From an uncultured Christensenellaceae bacterium (lineage in GTDB: Bacteria > Bacillota > Clostridia > Christensenellales > Christensenellaceae): a stretch of DNA of 24,000 bases. Shown here one piece after another: positions 1 to 8,930 of this stretch. The stretch's first letter is position 1, and each line of letters begins with the position of its first letter. The translations under genes were made by a program, and so were the position numbers. The stretch is taken from NCBI GenBank assembly GCA_964428055.1, contig CAYRWM010000013.1, positions 1-24,000 on the forward strand. The letters are read 5' to 3'. The notes under the pieces were generated by a model, which did no database searches, was not told the origin of the DNA, and saw only the letters and a program-made list of their open reading frames with translations.

Positions 1-268
1 CATGCTAGGCATTATTATAGCTGCTTATCGTGAACTAGACTCAAGGGTTGGTTTTTTTATTGGGCAAAGAGTTTCCAAAGTAGACAGGGTACGTGTAATT
101 ATAAAACAGAAGATAGGTAAAATCAGCAAATCTGAAATTATGGAAGAATGTCCTGATATAAGCCAAATTACTGTCCAGAGAGCTTTAAGTGAGATGTTGG
201 AAAAAGGAGAGATCACTAAGATTGGTGGTGGTAGATATACTTATTATGTTTGGAATGGAGATAACTAG
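1..268 (+). CDS. 3' end of a CDS entering from upstream; C-terminal winged-helix DNA-binding tail (Fic/DOC-family-like C-terminus possible)
   Basis: Frame is open from the window edge to TAG 266-268. The tail ISKSEIMEECPDISQITVQRALSEMLEKGEITKIGGGRYTYY has an HTH plus G-G-R-x-T-Y wing pattern. The stop directly abuts the hsdM ATG at 269, implying co-transcription. Confidence 0.45.
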   Translation, partial: MLGIIIAAYRELDSRVGFFIGQRVSKVDRVRVIIKQKIGKISKSEIMEECPDISQITVQRALSEMLEKGEITKIGGGRYTYYVWNGDN

Positions 269-1771
269 ATGATAACAGGTGAATTAAAAAAAAGAATAGA
301 CAGCTTATGGGATATTTTTGCAGCCGGCGGCCTTGTTAATCCCTTAGATGTTATTGAGCAGATTACATATTTGATGTTTATCCGTGATCTTGATGACTCT
401 GATAATCTCAGAGCGAAAGAAGCTGCTATGCTAGGCTTGTCATATAAAAGTGTGTTTTCAGATAAAGTGGAAATTGGGGACCGTGAGATAGACGGTGAAC
501 AACTAAAGTGGAGCGTTTTCCATGATTATCCTGCGGAAAAAATGTATGCGGTTCTGCAGGAGTGGGTATTTCCATTCATAAAGAATCTGCATGGGGACAA
601 AGACAGCGCTTACTCAAAGTATATGGATGATGCAATATTTAAGCTTCCAACGCCATTGCTATTGTCTAAGGTTGTTGATGCTTTGGATGAAATATATGAG
701 TTGATGAATGAATCACAATCTTCAGATGTGCGTGGTGATACATATGAGTACTTGCTTTCTAAAATCGCACAGTCTGGATTAAACGGGCAGTTTCGCACAC
801 CCAGGCATATTATTAGAATGATGGTTGAACTGATGGACCCAAAATCAGATGAAGTGATATGTGATCCTGCTTGTGGTACCTCGGGATTTCTTGTTGCTGC
901 TGGAGAGTATCTTAAAGAAAGATGTAAACAGGAGATCTTCTTTGACCGTCAGAAGAAGAATCACTATATGAACCACATGTTCTATGGCTACGATATGGAT
1001 CGCACAATGCTCCGCATCGGTGCTATGAACATGATGACTCATGGTATCGATAATCCTTATATTGAGTACCGTGATAGCCTTTCTGATCAGAATCCGGACA
1101 AGAATAAGTATACTTTAGTACTAGCTAATCCTCCTTTCAAGGGCAGCCTTGACTATGATACCGTTTCTTCGGATCTTCTAAAGGTCTGTAAGACAAAAAA
1201 GACGGAACTCCTGTTTCTGGCTTTGTTCCTGCGTATGCTTAAGGTCGGGGGACGATGTGCGTGCATAGTTCCGGATGGAGTACTGTTTGGTTCTTCATCT
1301 GCACATAAGGCTATTAGGAAGTTCCTTGTAGAGGACAATAGACTGGAAGCCGTAATTTCCATGCCATCTGGTGTCTTTAAACCATATGCTGGAGTATCTA
1401 CTGGTATTCTGATTTTTACTAAGACTGAATATGGTGGTACTGATAGAGTTTGGTTCTATGATATGCAAGCTGATGGGTTTTCACTCGATGACAAGCGATT
1501 AACTGTTGCTGAGAACGATATTCCCGATATCATTAATAGGTTTAAGAATCTTGAAGGAGAACAGGATCGTAAACGAACAGAGAAATCCTTCTATGTTCCA
1601 AAGGACGAGATAAGAGAAAACGGCTATGATCTTTCTATCAATAAATATAAACAGATGGAATTCAAACCTATAGAGTATCCGCCAACAAGTGAGATTATGG
1701 CAAGACTAGATGAGATTGAAATGGAAATAGGGTCCGAGATGGAATCACTAAGAAACCTTTTAGGTTTATAA
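269..1771 (+). CDS. hsdM: Type I restriction-modification system, DNA methyltransferase subunit (N6-adenine MTase)
   Basis: 500 aa. HsdM-type N-terminus (LWDIFAAGGLVNPLDVIEQITYLMFIRDLDD). AdoMet motif I DPACGTSGF at 863-889. Catalytic motif IV NPPF at 1127-1138. Followed by hsdS and hsdR. Confidence 0.95.
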   Translation: MITGELKKRIDSLWDIFAAGGLVNPLDVIEQITYLMFIRDLDDSDNLRAKEAAMLGLSYKSVFSDKVEIGDREIDGEQLKWSVFHDYPAEKMYAVLQEWVFPFIKNLHGDKDSAYSKYMDDAIFKLPTPLLLSKVVDALDEIYELMNESQSSDVRGDTYEYLLSKIAQSGLNGQFRTPRHIIRMMVELMDPKSDEVICDPACGTSGFLVAAGEYLKERCKQEIFFDRQKKNHYMNHMFYGYDMDRTMLRIGAMNMMTHGIDNPYIEYRDSLSDQNPDKNKYTLVLANPPFKGSLDYDTVSSDLLKVCKTKKTELLFLALFLRMLKVGGRCACIVPDGVLFGSSSAHKAIRKFLVEDNRLEAVISMPSGVFKPYAGVSTGILIFTKTEYGGTDRVWFYDMQADGFSLDDKRLTVAENDIPDIINRFKNLEGEQDRKRTEKSFYVPKDEIRENGYDLSINKYKQMEFKPIEYPPTSEIMARLDEIEMEIGSEMESLRNLLGL

Positions 1772-1824
1772 AATCGGATTTGACGAGGAACCGATGGCTG
1801 AGAAAGGTTTGTGGGTAAGACAAG

Positions 1825-2922
1825 ATGCGAGTAAGGCTTGACGATGTATGTGAGCGTGGCTCATCAAATATACGACAATCGGATATAGAAGGAAAGACAG
1901 GAGCTTATCCGATCTTTGGAGCGGCGGGATATATAGGCAATGTGGATTTCTATCATCAAGAGAAGCCGTATGTAGCGGTCGTTAAAGATGGAGCAGGTAT
2001 CGGGAGGACCACTCTTTTACCTGCAAAGTCTTCTGTTATTGGCACTATGCAGTATCTTCTTCCAAAAGAGAATGTGTTACCGGAGTATCTTTGTTATGTG
2101 GTTCGTTATATGCACCTTGAAAAGTACTTTTCTGGTGCAACAATACCGCATATATACTTCCGTGATTATAAGAATGAAGAGTTCAATCTTGATGAGCTTA
2201 ATAGACAGGCGGAAATCATAGGTATTCTTGGAAAAGTTGAAAGCCTAATCGAATACAGACAGAAGGAACTTCAACAGCTTGACACCCTCATCAAAGCCCG
2301 ATTTGTCGAGATGTTTGGTGATCCTGAGGCAAACCCGAAGGAGTGGAAAAAGAAACCTCTTGCCGAAGTGATAACTGCTGCAAACAACGGAATGGCACGT
2401 CGAGGGAATGATGAACATGGTAACATCGTAATGCGTCTTGTTGAGTTGCAAGATGGGTATATCGATTACACGAACCCAAATCGAATTGTTCTCACTGAGG
2501 CAGAAAAGAAAAGATATCTGCTCAGAGACAAAGACTTTTTGTTCGCAAGAGTTAACGGCAATCCGGATAATGTTGGGAGATGTGCAGTATTCACTGATAT
2601 CGGGGAGCCAGTGTATCACAATGATCATATTATTAGAGTGCATTTCGATGACAATGCTGTTGATGGGGCGTTTGCCAGTGCACTTCTAAATAGTACGTAT
2701 GGAAAGCGGCAACTTAAGAATCAAATAAAAACGTCAGCAGGCCAGTACACGGTAAGCCAGGATGGCATAGGAGCCATTGTTGCGATACTTCCGCCTATCG
2801 AGTTACAAAGGAAGTTTAGTGCATTTGTCTCTCAAGTCGACAAATCAAAAGTTGTTGTACAGAAGGCATTAGATAGAGCACAGTTATTATTTGATAGTTT
2901 GATGCAGCAATTCTTCGGATAG
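1825..2922 (+). CDS. hsdS: Type I R-M specificity subunit
   Basis: 365 aa. Two variable halves are separated by a central conserved helix (LNRQAEIIGILGKVESLIEYRQKELQQLDTLIKARFVEMFG). A matching C-terminal conserved helix is present (ELQRKFSAFVSQVDKSKVVVQKALDRAQLLFDSLMQQFF). This is the canonical HsdS layout, and the gene sits between hsdM and hsdR. Confidence 0.85.
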   Translation: MRVRLDDVCERGSSNIRQSDIEGKTGAYPIFGAAGYIGNVDFYHQEKPYVAVVKDGAGIGRTTLLPAKSSVIGTMQYLLPKENVLPEYLCYVVRYMHLEKYFSGATIPHIYFRDYKNEEFNLDELNRQAEIIGILGKVESLIEYRQKELQQLDTLIKARFVEMFGDPEANPKEWKKKPLAEVITAANNGMARRGNDEHGNIVMRLVELQDGYIDYTNPNRIVLTEAEKKRYLLRDKDFLFARVNGNPDNVGRCAVFTDIGEPVYHNDHIIRVHFDDNAVDGAFASALLNSTYGKRQLKNQIKTSAGQYTVSQDGIGAIVAILPPIELQRKFSAFVSQVDKSKVVVQKALDRAQLLFDSLMQQFFG

Positions 2923-2937
2923 ACAGGAGGGAGATGG

Positions 2938-3462
2938 ATGAGCGTATCCTTTGGCAGTATAGCAGAGAAGACATTCGATAATTTCAAAAAGATAACACCT
3001 GCTTTGGTAGCAATTGCTATTCTGACGGGGTTGATTCTATTTTTGCCTAAAGATGTTTTGAAAAAAATGAATCTTGATGAGCTGCCGGTAATGTGGAGTC
3101 ACATCATAGGTATAGTCTTCTTGCTAAGCGTCGCACTGATAGCCACGATTCTTCTTTTTTCTGCTATATCAAGTGTTGCAGAAAGACGGAGGAATCAACT
3201 AATTCGGGAAAACTTGAAGAAAAAGTTTTTGACTCTGAGTTCAAGGCAAAAAGATATTGTTATGCAAGCGCTACAAAGTGAGGATAAGACTATTTCTTTA
3301 GATAAAACTTCGGGAGATACAATATATTTGGTGAACAATCGATTTTTGCATATGCCAGATCAAGTGTTCACATTGGGTTGGAATAACGAGATGGTGTTGA
3401 CTTACGTTCCACAACCATGGTTACTTGAGTTGTATAATGAAGAACCAGAATTATTCAAATGA
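2938..3462 (+). CDS. Small two-TM membrane protein embedded in the Type I R-M operon; possibly superinfection-exclusion SieB-like (PF14163-like)
   Basis: 174 aa. RBS AGGAGGGAG lies just upstream. Two hydrophobic helices (ITPALVAIAILTGLILFL and IIGIVFLLSVALIATILLFSAI) are followed by a basic stretch and a soluble C-terminal domain (LSSRQKDIVMQALQSEDKTISLDKTSGDTIYLVNNRF). The family call comes from remembered sequence pattern only. Confidence 0.5.
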   Translation: MSVSFGSIAEKTFDNFKKITPALVAIAILTGLILFLPKDVLKKMNLDELPVMWSHIIGIVFLLSVALIATILLFSAISSVAERRRNQLIRENLKKKFLTLSSRQKDIVMQALQSEDKTISLDKTSGDTIYLVNNRFLHMPDQVFTLGWNNEMVLTYVPQPWLLELYNEEPELFK

Positions 3463-3528
3463 TTCTAACTGATTATCGTTTTTTAAGGATTATAGATGGT
3501 ATCAACAGTAAGGGCGGGAGGCACTTAT

Positions 3529-6500
3529 ATGACAAACTTCGACTACTTAAAAAAAGAATCGAAATTCGACATATTCTCTGATGTGGCGATTTTGGCTGAA
3601 AGGATTCTGTATATTGATCCTTCCGCTTGTATCATCAACTGCAACAGGGCTATGGAGTTTGCTGTCAAGTGGATGTATTCTGTTGATAATTTGCTTATTA
3701 AGCCTTATCAGGATCAAACTATAAGTTTGATAAACACAGATGAGTTCCAAGCTTTAGTTGATGAGAATCTTCAAAAGCGGATCGATTATATATGCAAGGT
3801 TAGTAGTATTGTAGAGAATAATGAAAAAAAGGCTACAGCAGAACAGGCTAAATTGTGTCTGGAAAATTTATACTATTTTCTTGACTTTGTGGCGTTTTGT
3901 TATTCAGATGATTATCAGGGAAGCAACTTTGATTTGTCAAAATCAGGGCAAGAAGAATCATTTGATATACAAAGCACTAATACAACTACGGTTAATCTTG
4001 ATGAACTAATAAATACAAACAGATCACTTCGTGGTAAATATACCGCTTGTCGAATTAAGCGGCAGCCGAGATATGTTCCAAAGCCTTTGGATATATCAGA
4101 ATATAAAACCCGTAAGTTGTATATTGACACTATGCTGGAAGATGCAGGCTGGACAGAAGGCAATAATTGGATCAATGAAGTAGAACTTTTAGGTATGCCT
4201 AATCAATCGGGAGTAGGGTATGCGGATTATGTCCTGTATGGGGATGATGGTAAACCTCTTGCGCTCATTGAAGCAAAAAAGACTTGTGTTGATGTTTCAA
4301 AAGGAAGGCAGCAGGCTAAGCTTTATGCTGATTTATTAGAGAAAAAATATCATCGAAGGCCAGTGACATTTCTATCTAATGGTTTTGATACAAGGATTAT
4401 TGACAACCAGTATCCTGAAAGAAAGTGTGCAGCAGTATACTCCAAGCGCGACTTGGAGAAGATGTTTAATCTCCAATCTATGCGCACAAGCCTTTCGTAT
4501 ATTACCATAAACAGAAATATTGCAGGCAGATATTACCAGGAGAATGCTATTAAGGCTGTTTGCGAGTCTTTTGATAATAACAACAGGAGAAAAGCGTTGC
4601 TTGTCATGGCAACCGGTTCAGGGAAAACGAGGACAGTTATTGAGCTTTGTGATGTATTACTTCAGCATGGTTGGGTTCGCAATATTCTATTTTTAGCAGA
4701 CAGAAACTCTCTTGTTACTCAAGCAAAGAGGGCCTTCGTTAATCTTTTGCCAAATCTTTCAGTAACTAATCTTGTTGAAGAAAAAGATAACTATAACGCA
4801 CATTGCGTTCTTTCTACATATCAGACTATGTATAACGTAATAGATGCGGTGTCCGATGATGAGGGAAAGCTATTTACATGTGGTCATTTTGATCTGGTAA
4901 TCTGTGATGAAGCTCACCGTTCTATATATAATAAGTATCAGGATATATTCAATTATTTTGATGCGCCACTGGTTGGGCTTACTGCGACGCCTAAAGATGA
5001 AATCGATAAAAACACATACGATGTATTTGAATTAGAGAGCGGAGTTCCCACATATGGCTACGAACTAGCCCAGGCTGTGCAAGATGGATTTCTCGTTGAC
5101 TTTTTGTCTGTTGAAACATCTCTAAAGTTTATCCAGGAAGGAATAGTATACGAGGACCTATCCTATGAAGATAAGATAGAGTATGAGAATACTTTCAGAA
5201 ATGAAGATGGTTTTATACCGGAAAAGATTAAATCCTCGGCGCTAAATGAATGGATCTTTAACGAAGATACTATAAAAGAAGTCCTCCATATCTTGATGAA
5301 GGATGGGTTAAAGATAGATTACGGTAATAAGCTTGGGAAAACCATTGTCTTTGCAAACAATCATCTCCATGCTGAAAAGATACTGGAAGTGTTTAATAAG
5401 GAATACCCTAATCTTAACGGATATGCAAGAGTAATAGATAATTACATAAACTACGCACAAAGTGCAATTGATGAGTTTTCTGATCCGAGTAAGCTTCCAC
5501 AAATAGCTATATCGGTAGATATGCTTGATACAGGGATAGACGTGCCAGAGGTATTAAATCTTGTTTTCTTTAAGAAGGTTTATAGTAAGGCAAAATTCTG
5601 GCAAATGATAGGCAGGGGAACACGTCTCTGTGAAGGATTGATTGACGGTAAGGATAAAGAGAAGTTTTATATATTTGATTTCTGTGGCAACTTTGAATTC
5701 TTCCGTATGAATAAGGAAAAACCTACTGCAAATATGATTGCTCTCCAAGGTGCTATATTCCTCCGGAAGGCTCAGATTGCATATAAGCTGCAGGATATAA
5801 AGTATCAAACGCCATATCTAATAGAATTTAGAAAAGCCTTAGTTGATGACATGGTTCGTAAAGTCAAAGAACTGAATAAAGATAATTTTGCTGTAAAACA
5901 GCATCTTAAATACGTAGAAAAGTACTCGGATCCCAATAATTATGTCACACTGACATATGAAGACACATTGATAATAGGTAATGAACTTGCTCCTTTAATT
6001 TGCCCTGACGATGATGATCCAAAAGCTTTGCGGTTTGACGCCCTAATGTATGGTATTGAGTTAGCATACATGATTGGGAAAAAGTATGGGAAAGCCAGGA
6101 GTGACCTTGTTAAGAAGGTGAAAGATGTATCAAGTGTTGCAAACATACCTGAGATAATGATGCAGGCCGATCTGATAAACAGAATTCTGAATACAGATTA
6201 TTTAGATAGAGCTGAAATAAATGATTTTGAGTACATACGTGAAAACCTGAGAGATCTAATTAAGTACATTCCACCTAAGGGTGTAATTTATGATACAAAC
6301 TTTGATGATGAGATACTATCTATCGATTGGGTTGATGCCGATCTTCAAAACGATGACTTGAAGAACTACAAAGCAAAAGCAGAGTACTATGTAAGGCAAC
6401 ATCAGGATAATGAGGTTATATCAAAGCTAAAGAAAAATGTGCCCCTTACACAAGAGGATATTAAGGAACTTGAATCGATCCTTTGGAGCGATTTGGGGAC

Positions 6501-6822
6501 TAAACAAGACTATGAGGAAGAATATGGTCAAAAGCCGCTAGGTGAATTTGTCCGCGAAATAGTTGGTTTGGATATGGCTGCAGCAAAAGAAGCATTTGCT
6601 GATTATTTGGATGAAACAAGGCTTAATAGCAGACAGATATTCTTTGTTAACCAGATAGTAGAATATATTGTACATAACGGTTTGATGAAAGATCTATCTG
6701 TACTGCAAGAATCACCCTTTACTGATCAGGGTAGTATAGTAGAGGTTTTCAATGACATTAGTTTATGGATGAGGATTCGTAAAGTTATTGATCAGATTAA
6801 TGCTAATGCATCAGCAGCATAA
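3529..6822 (+). CDS. hsdR: Type I restriction enzyme, R (endonuclease/translocase) subunit with an N-terminal extension domain
   Basis: The ORF is open from 3496, but ATG 3529 (MTNFDYLKK...) has GGGAGG at 3516-3521 with 7-nt spacing. PD-(D/E)xK nuclease core GYADYVLYGDDGKPLALIEAKK. SF2 motor Walker A TGSGKT at 4612-4629 and DEAH at 4906-4917. Also LTATP, and MLDTGIDVPEV...QMIGRGTR (motifs V/VI). Confidence 0.95.
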   Translation: MTNFDYLKKESKFDIFSDVAILAERILYIDPSACIINCNRAMEFAVKWMYSVDNLLIKPYQDQTISLINTDEFQALVDENLQKRIDYICKVSSIVENNEKKATAEQAKLCLENLYYFLDFVAFCYSDDYQGSNFDLSKSGQEESFDIQSTNTTTVNLDELINTNRSLRGKYTACRIKRQPRYVPKPLDISEYKTRKLYIDTMLEDAGWTEGNNWINEVELLGMPNQSGVGYADYVLYGDDGKPLALIEAKKTCVDVSKGRQQAKLYADLLEKKYHRRPVTFLSNGFDTRIIDNQYPERKCAAVYSKRDLEKMFNLQSMRTSLSYITINRNIAGRYYQENAIKAVCESFDNNNRRKALLVMATGSGKTRTVIELCDVLLQHGWVRNILFLADRNSLVTQAKRAFVNLLPNLSVTNLVEEKDNYNAHCVLSTYQTMYNVIDAVSDDEGKLFTCGHFDLVICDEAHRSIYNKYQDIFNYFDAPLVGLTATPKDEIDKNTYDVFELESGVPTYGYELAQAVQDGFLVDFLSVETSLKFIQEGIVYEDLSYEDKIEYENTFRNEDGFIPEKIKSSALNEWIFNEDTIKEVLHILMKDGLKIDYGNKLGKTIVFANNHLHAEKILEVFNKEYPNLNGYARVIDNYINYAQSAIDEFSDPSKLPQIAISVDMLDTGIDVPEVLNLVFFKKVYSKAKFWQMIGRGTRLCEGLIDGKDKEKFYIFDFCGNFEFFRMNKEKPTANMIALQGAIFLRKAQIAYKLQDIKYQTPYLIEFRKALVDDMVRKVKELNKDNFAVKQHLKYVEKYSDPNNYVTLTYEDTLIIGNELAPLICPDDDDPKALRFDALMYGIELAYMIGKKYGKARSDLVKKVKDVSSVANIPEIMMQADLINRILNTDYLDRAEINDFEYIRENLRDLIKYIPPKGVIYDTNFDDEILSIDWVDADLQNDDLKNYKAKAEYYVRQHQDNEVISKLKKNVPLTQEDIKELESILWSDLGTKQDYEEEYGQKPLGEFVREIVGLDMAAAKEAFADYLDETRLNSRQIFFVNQIVEYIVHNGLMKDLSVLQESPFTDQGSIVEVFNDISLWMRIRKVIDQINANASAA

Positions 6823-6833
6823 GGAGATATGCA

Positions 6834-7556
6834 ATGATAATTAGACGTGACGAAGTGTTTCGTGTTTTGTGTGAGTTTCGCACTCCAAATGATAAAGGTA
6901 TTCCTATTATAGGAACAGGAATGTTTGTTTATTCTTCGGCTGGAGAGAATGGGCATTATGGATGGATAGTAACCGCAAGTCACGTAGCATACACTACAAA
7001 CGATAAAACATCGATTGTCATAGCAACACAAGATGGGAAAGCAATCACTCTCCCTTTATTACTGTTTGGTCCCTTATCTGGATGGAGAAACCATAGTATT
7101 GCAGATATCAGTGTATTTCGAATTCTATTTACTCCCGAAAACCAACAGTATACTGATAACAGATTTTTCCCATTTGACCATTTTAACTTAAAAAAAGAAG
7201 TAGTGTCTCGAGATTATGAATTAACTGCTGCTGGATTTCCACATGGTTTGGGTGTTGATGGGCTGTTTTCTCCTTTTACGTTTAGGTCATATGCTTCATC
7301 TGGTTTTGTAACGCTTTTGCGATCTGATACTAATACACCTTCCGACTTTTTTTGCCTTGAAAACCCTAGTGTGGGAGGTTATTCCGGGTGCCCGGTATTT
7401 GATTTGGGTTTTACAACTAATGGCGTATTTGCAACAACAAAGGAACGAACCATATGTCATGGCATTATGCATGGAACAATGTGCGACGAAACTGGCGGAA
7501 AAATTGCTATGGTGACACCAGCTTTTTATTTGGTGGATCTAATTGATGTTGCTTAG
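6834..7556 (+). CDS. Cytoplasmic trypsin-like (S1/Trypsin_2-type) serine protease
   Basis: 240 aa. RBS AAGGAG at 6821-6826. The catalytic triad is in canonical order: TASH(50)V at 6981-6983, IAD(91)ISVFRI at 7104-7106 and GGYS(184)GCPVF at 7383-7385. No signal peptide or TM segment. The gene starts 11 nt after the hsdR stop. Confidence 0.7.
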   Translation: MIIRRDEVFRVLCEFRTPNDKGIPIIGTGMFVYSSAGENGHYGWIVTASHVAYTTNDKTSIVIATQDGKAITLPLLLFGPLSGWRNHSIADISVFRILFTPENQQYTDNRFFPFDHFNLKKEVVSRDYELTAAGFPHGLGVDGLFSPFTFRSYASSGFVTLLRSDTNTPSDFFCLENPSVGGYSGCPVFDLGFTTNGVFATTKERTICHGIMHGTMCDETGGKIAMVTPAFYLVDLIDVA

Positions 7557-7579
7557 TTTTTATTACATGTAGACTAGTT

Positions 7580-8920
7580 ATGCGGGATTATAGTATTACT
7601 CAAAATGTTAATCTAGCCATAGAGGCACTTATGTCTGCTGGTTTCAAAACATATCTTGTTGGAGGATGCGTACGAGATAGCCTTTTGGGCATTGAACCCC
7701 ATGATTATGACTTAACTACGGATGCTACTCCAGGTGAAGTTAAGGATGTTTTTAAGGGCTATGCTGTTATAGATACCGGTATAAAGCATGGTACTGTTAC
7801 TCTGCTCGTTAATCATGAGCAAATTGAGATAACAACATTCAGGACCGAAACAGGATACTCCGACTATAGACATCCTGATAATGTCGAGTTTACTAAAGAT
7901 ATAAAAAAAGACCTTGCAAGAAGAGACTTTACAATTAACGCTATCGCATATAACCCTGAAACTGGCTATTGTGATCCCTTTGGCGGCTGCGAAGATCTGG
8001 CAGCCAATACTCTTAAGTGTGTTGGTAATCCAGATGAGCGTTTCAGAGAAGATCCTTTAAGGATCCTGAGAGCAGTTCGTTTCAGTGCGGTTTATGGTTT
8101 CATTATTGATCCTGAGGCTGAAGCTTCCATGCATAAAAACCGTGCTCTTATCTCCGAGCTTTCAGCGGAAAGGATAAGGGGAGAGATAGAGCAGATACTT
8201 TTGAGCAAGGGAGTATACAATGCTCTTATGAAGTATCCAGATATAATTGCTGTCTCTATACCTGAGATAGAGCCGATGGTAGGGTTTGATCACAAGAGTA
8301 AGTATCACATATATGATGTGTATGAACATACTGCAAAAGTAGTCGAGCATGTAGAGGCAAGGCCAGAACTCAGATGGGCAGCACTTCTACATGATGTTGC
8401 TAAACCATTATGTTTCTCAGAAGATGAAAGAGGCGGCCATTTCTATGGTCATGAGGAACAAAGTGCAGAAATTGCCCGAGATATATTCAACAGGCTTAAG
8501 TTTGATAACCATACCAAAGATGAAGCTTGCTTTGTGATCGAGCGTCATATGCTGCAGATAGAGCCTACTGAAAAAAGCGTCAAGAGGGCACTCAGACGAT
8601 TTGGTGAAGACAAGATTAGAAATGTTCTTTGCATAATGAAGGCGGAAACATTTGCTCAGGCCGAAAGTCTTTTTGCTAAAAGAAACAAAAAGTATAATGA
8701 GATAGAGATACTCGTTGATAAGATTGTTGAGGAAGAGAGTTGCTTTTCACTTAGGGATTTGTCTATAAAAGGAAATGATCTTATTGATTTGGGTTATAAA
8801 GGACCTGAAATCGGTAGGATTCTTGATGCCCTGCTTGATGAAGTTGTAGAAGGGAAAGTTGAGAATAAAAGAGAAGAACTAATTAAAGAATTAAAAAAGT
8901 TACCTCTTTATTCAAAATGA
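7580..8920 (+). CDS. cca: CCA-adding enzyme (tRNA nucleotidyltransferase, class II) with C-terminal HD domain
   Basis: 446 aa. Head-domain motifs GGCVRDSLLG...DYDLTT, RRDFTINA and EDPLRILRAVRF. HD region LLHDVAKP...GHFYGHEEQS. Confidence 0.88.
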   Translation: MRDYSITQNVNLAIEALMSAGFKTYLVGGCVRDSLLGIEPHDYDLTTDATPGEVKDVFKGYAVIDTGIKHGTVTLLVNHEQIEITTFRTETGYSDYRHPDNVEFTKDIKKDLARRDFTINAIAYNPETGYCDPFGGCEDLAANTLKCVGNPDERFREDPLRILRAVRFSAVYGFIIDPEAEASMHKNRALISELSAERIRGEIEQILLSKGVYNALMKYPDIIAVSIPEIEPMVGFDHKSKYHIYDVYEHTAKVVEHVEARPELRWAALLHDVAKPLCFSEDERGGHFYGHEEQSAEIARDIFNRLKFDNHTKDEACFVIERHMLQIEPTEKSVKRALRRFGEDKIRNVLCIMKAETFAQAESLFAKRNKKYNEIEILVDKIVEEESCFSLRDLSIKGNDLIDLGYKGPEIGRILDALLDEVVEGKVENKREELIKELKKLPLYSK

Positions 8921-8930
8921 TAGGTGAGCT

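Noticed and set aside
2245-2643. 132-aa minus-strand ORF and other internal ORFs inside hsdS (1988-2221, 2291-2479, 2438-2689)
   Set aside because: They are nested in the hsdS reading frame, which has the canonical conserved central and distal helices. No independent signals support them.
1825-2922. Phase-variable (shufflon-type) hsdS system
   Set aside because: The window holds no second or partial hsdS copy, no inverted repeats within hsdS, and no adjacent recombinase.
3496-3528. Upstream ATG 3496 as the hsdR start (MVSTVRAGGTY...)
   Set aside because: ATG 3529 is preceded by GGGAGG at optimal spacing and yields a plausible N-terminus (MTNFDYLKK). The 3496 start has no RBS. It remains possible but is less likely.
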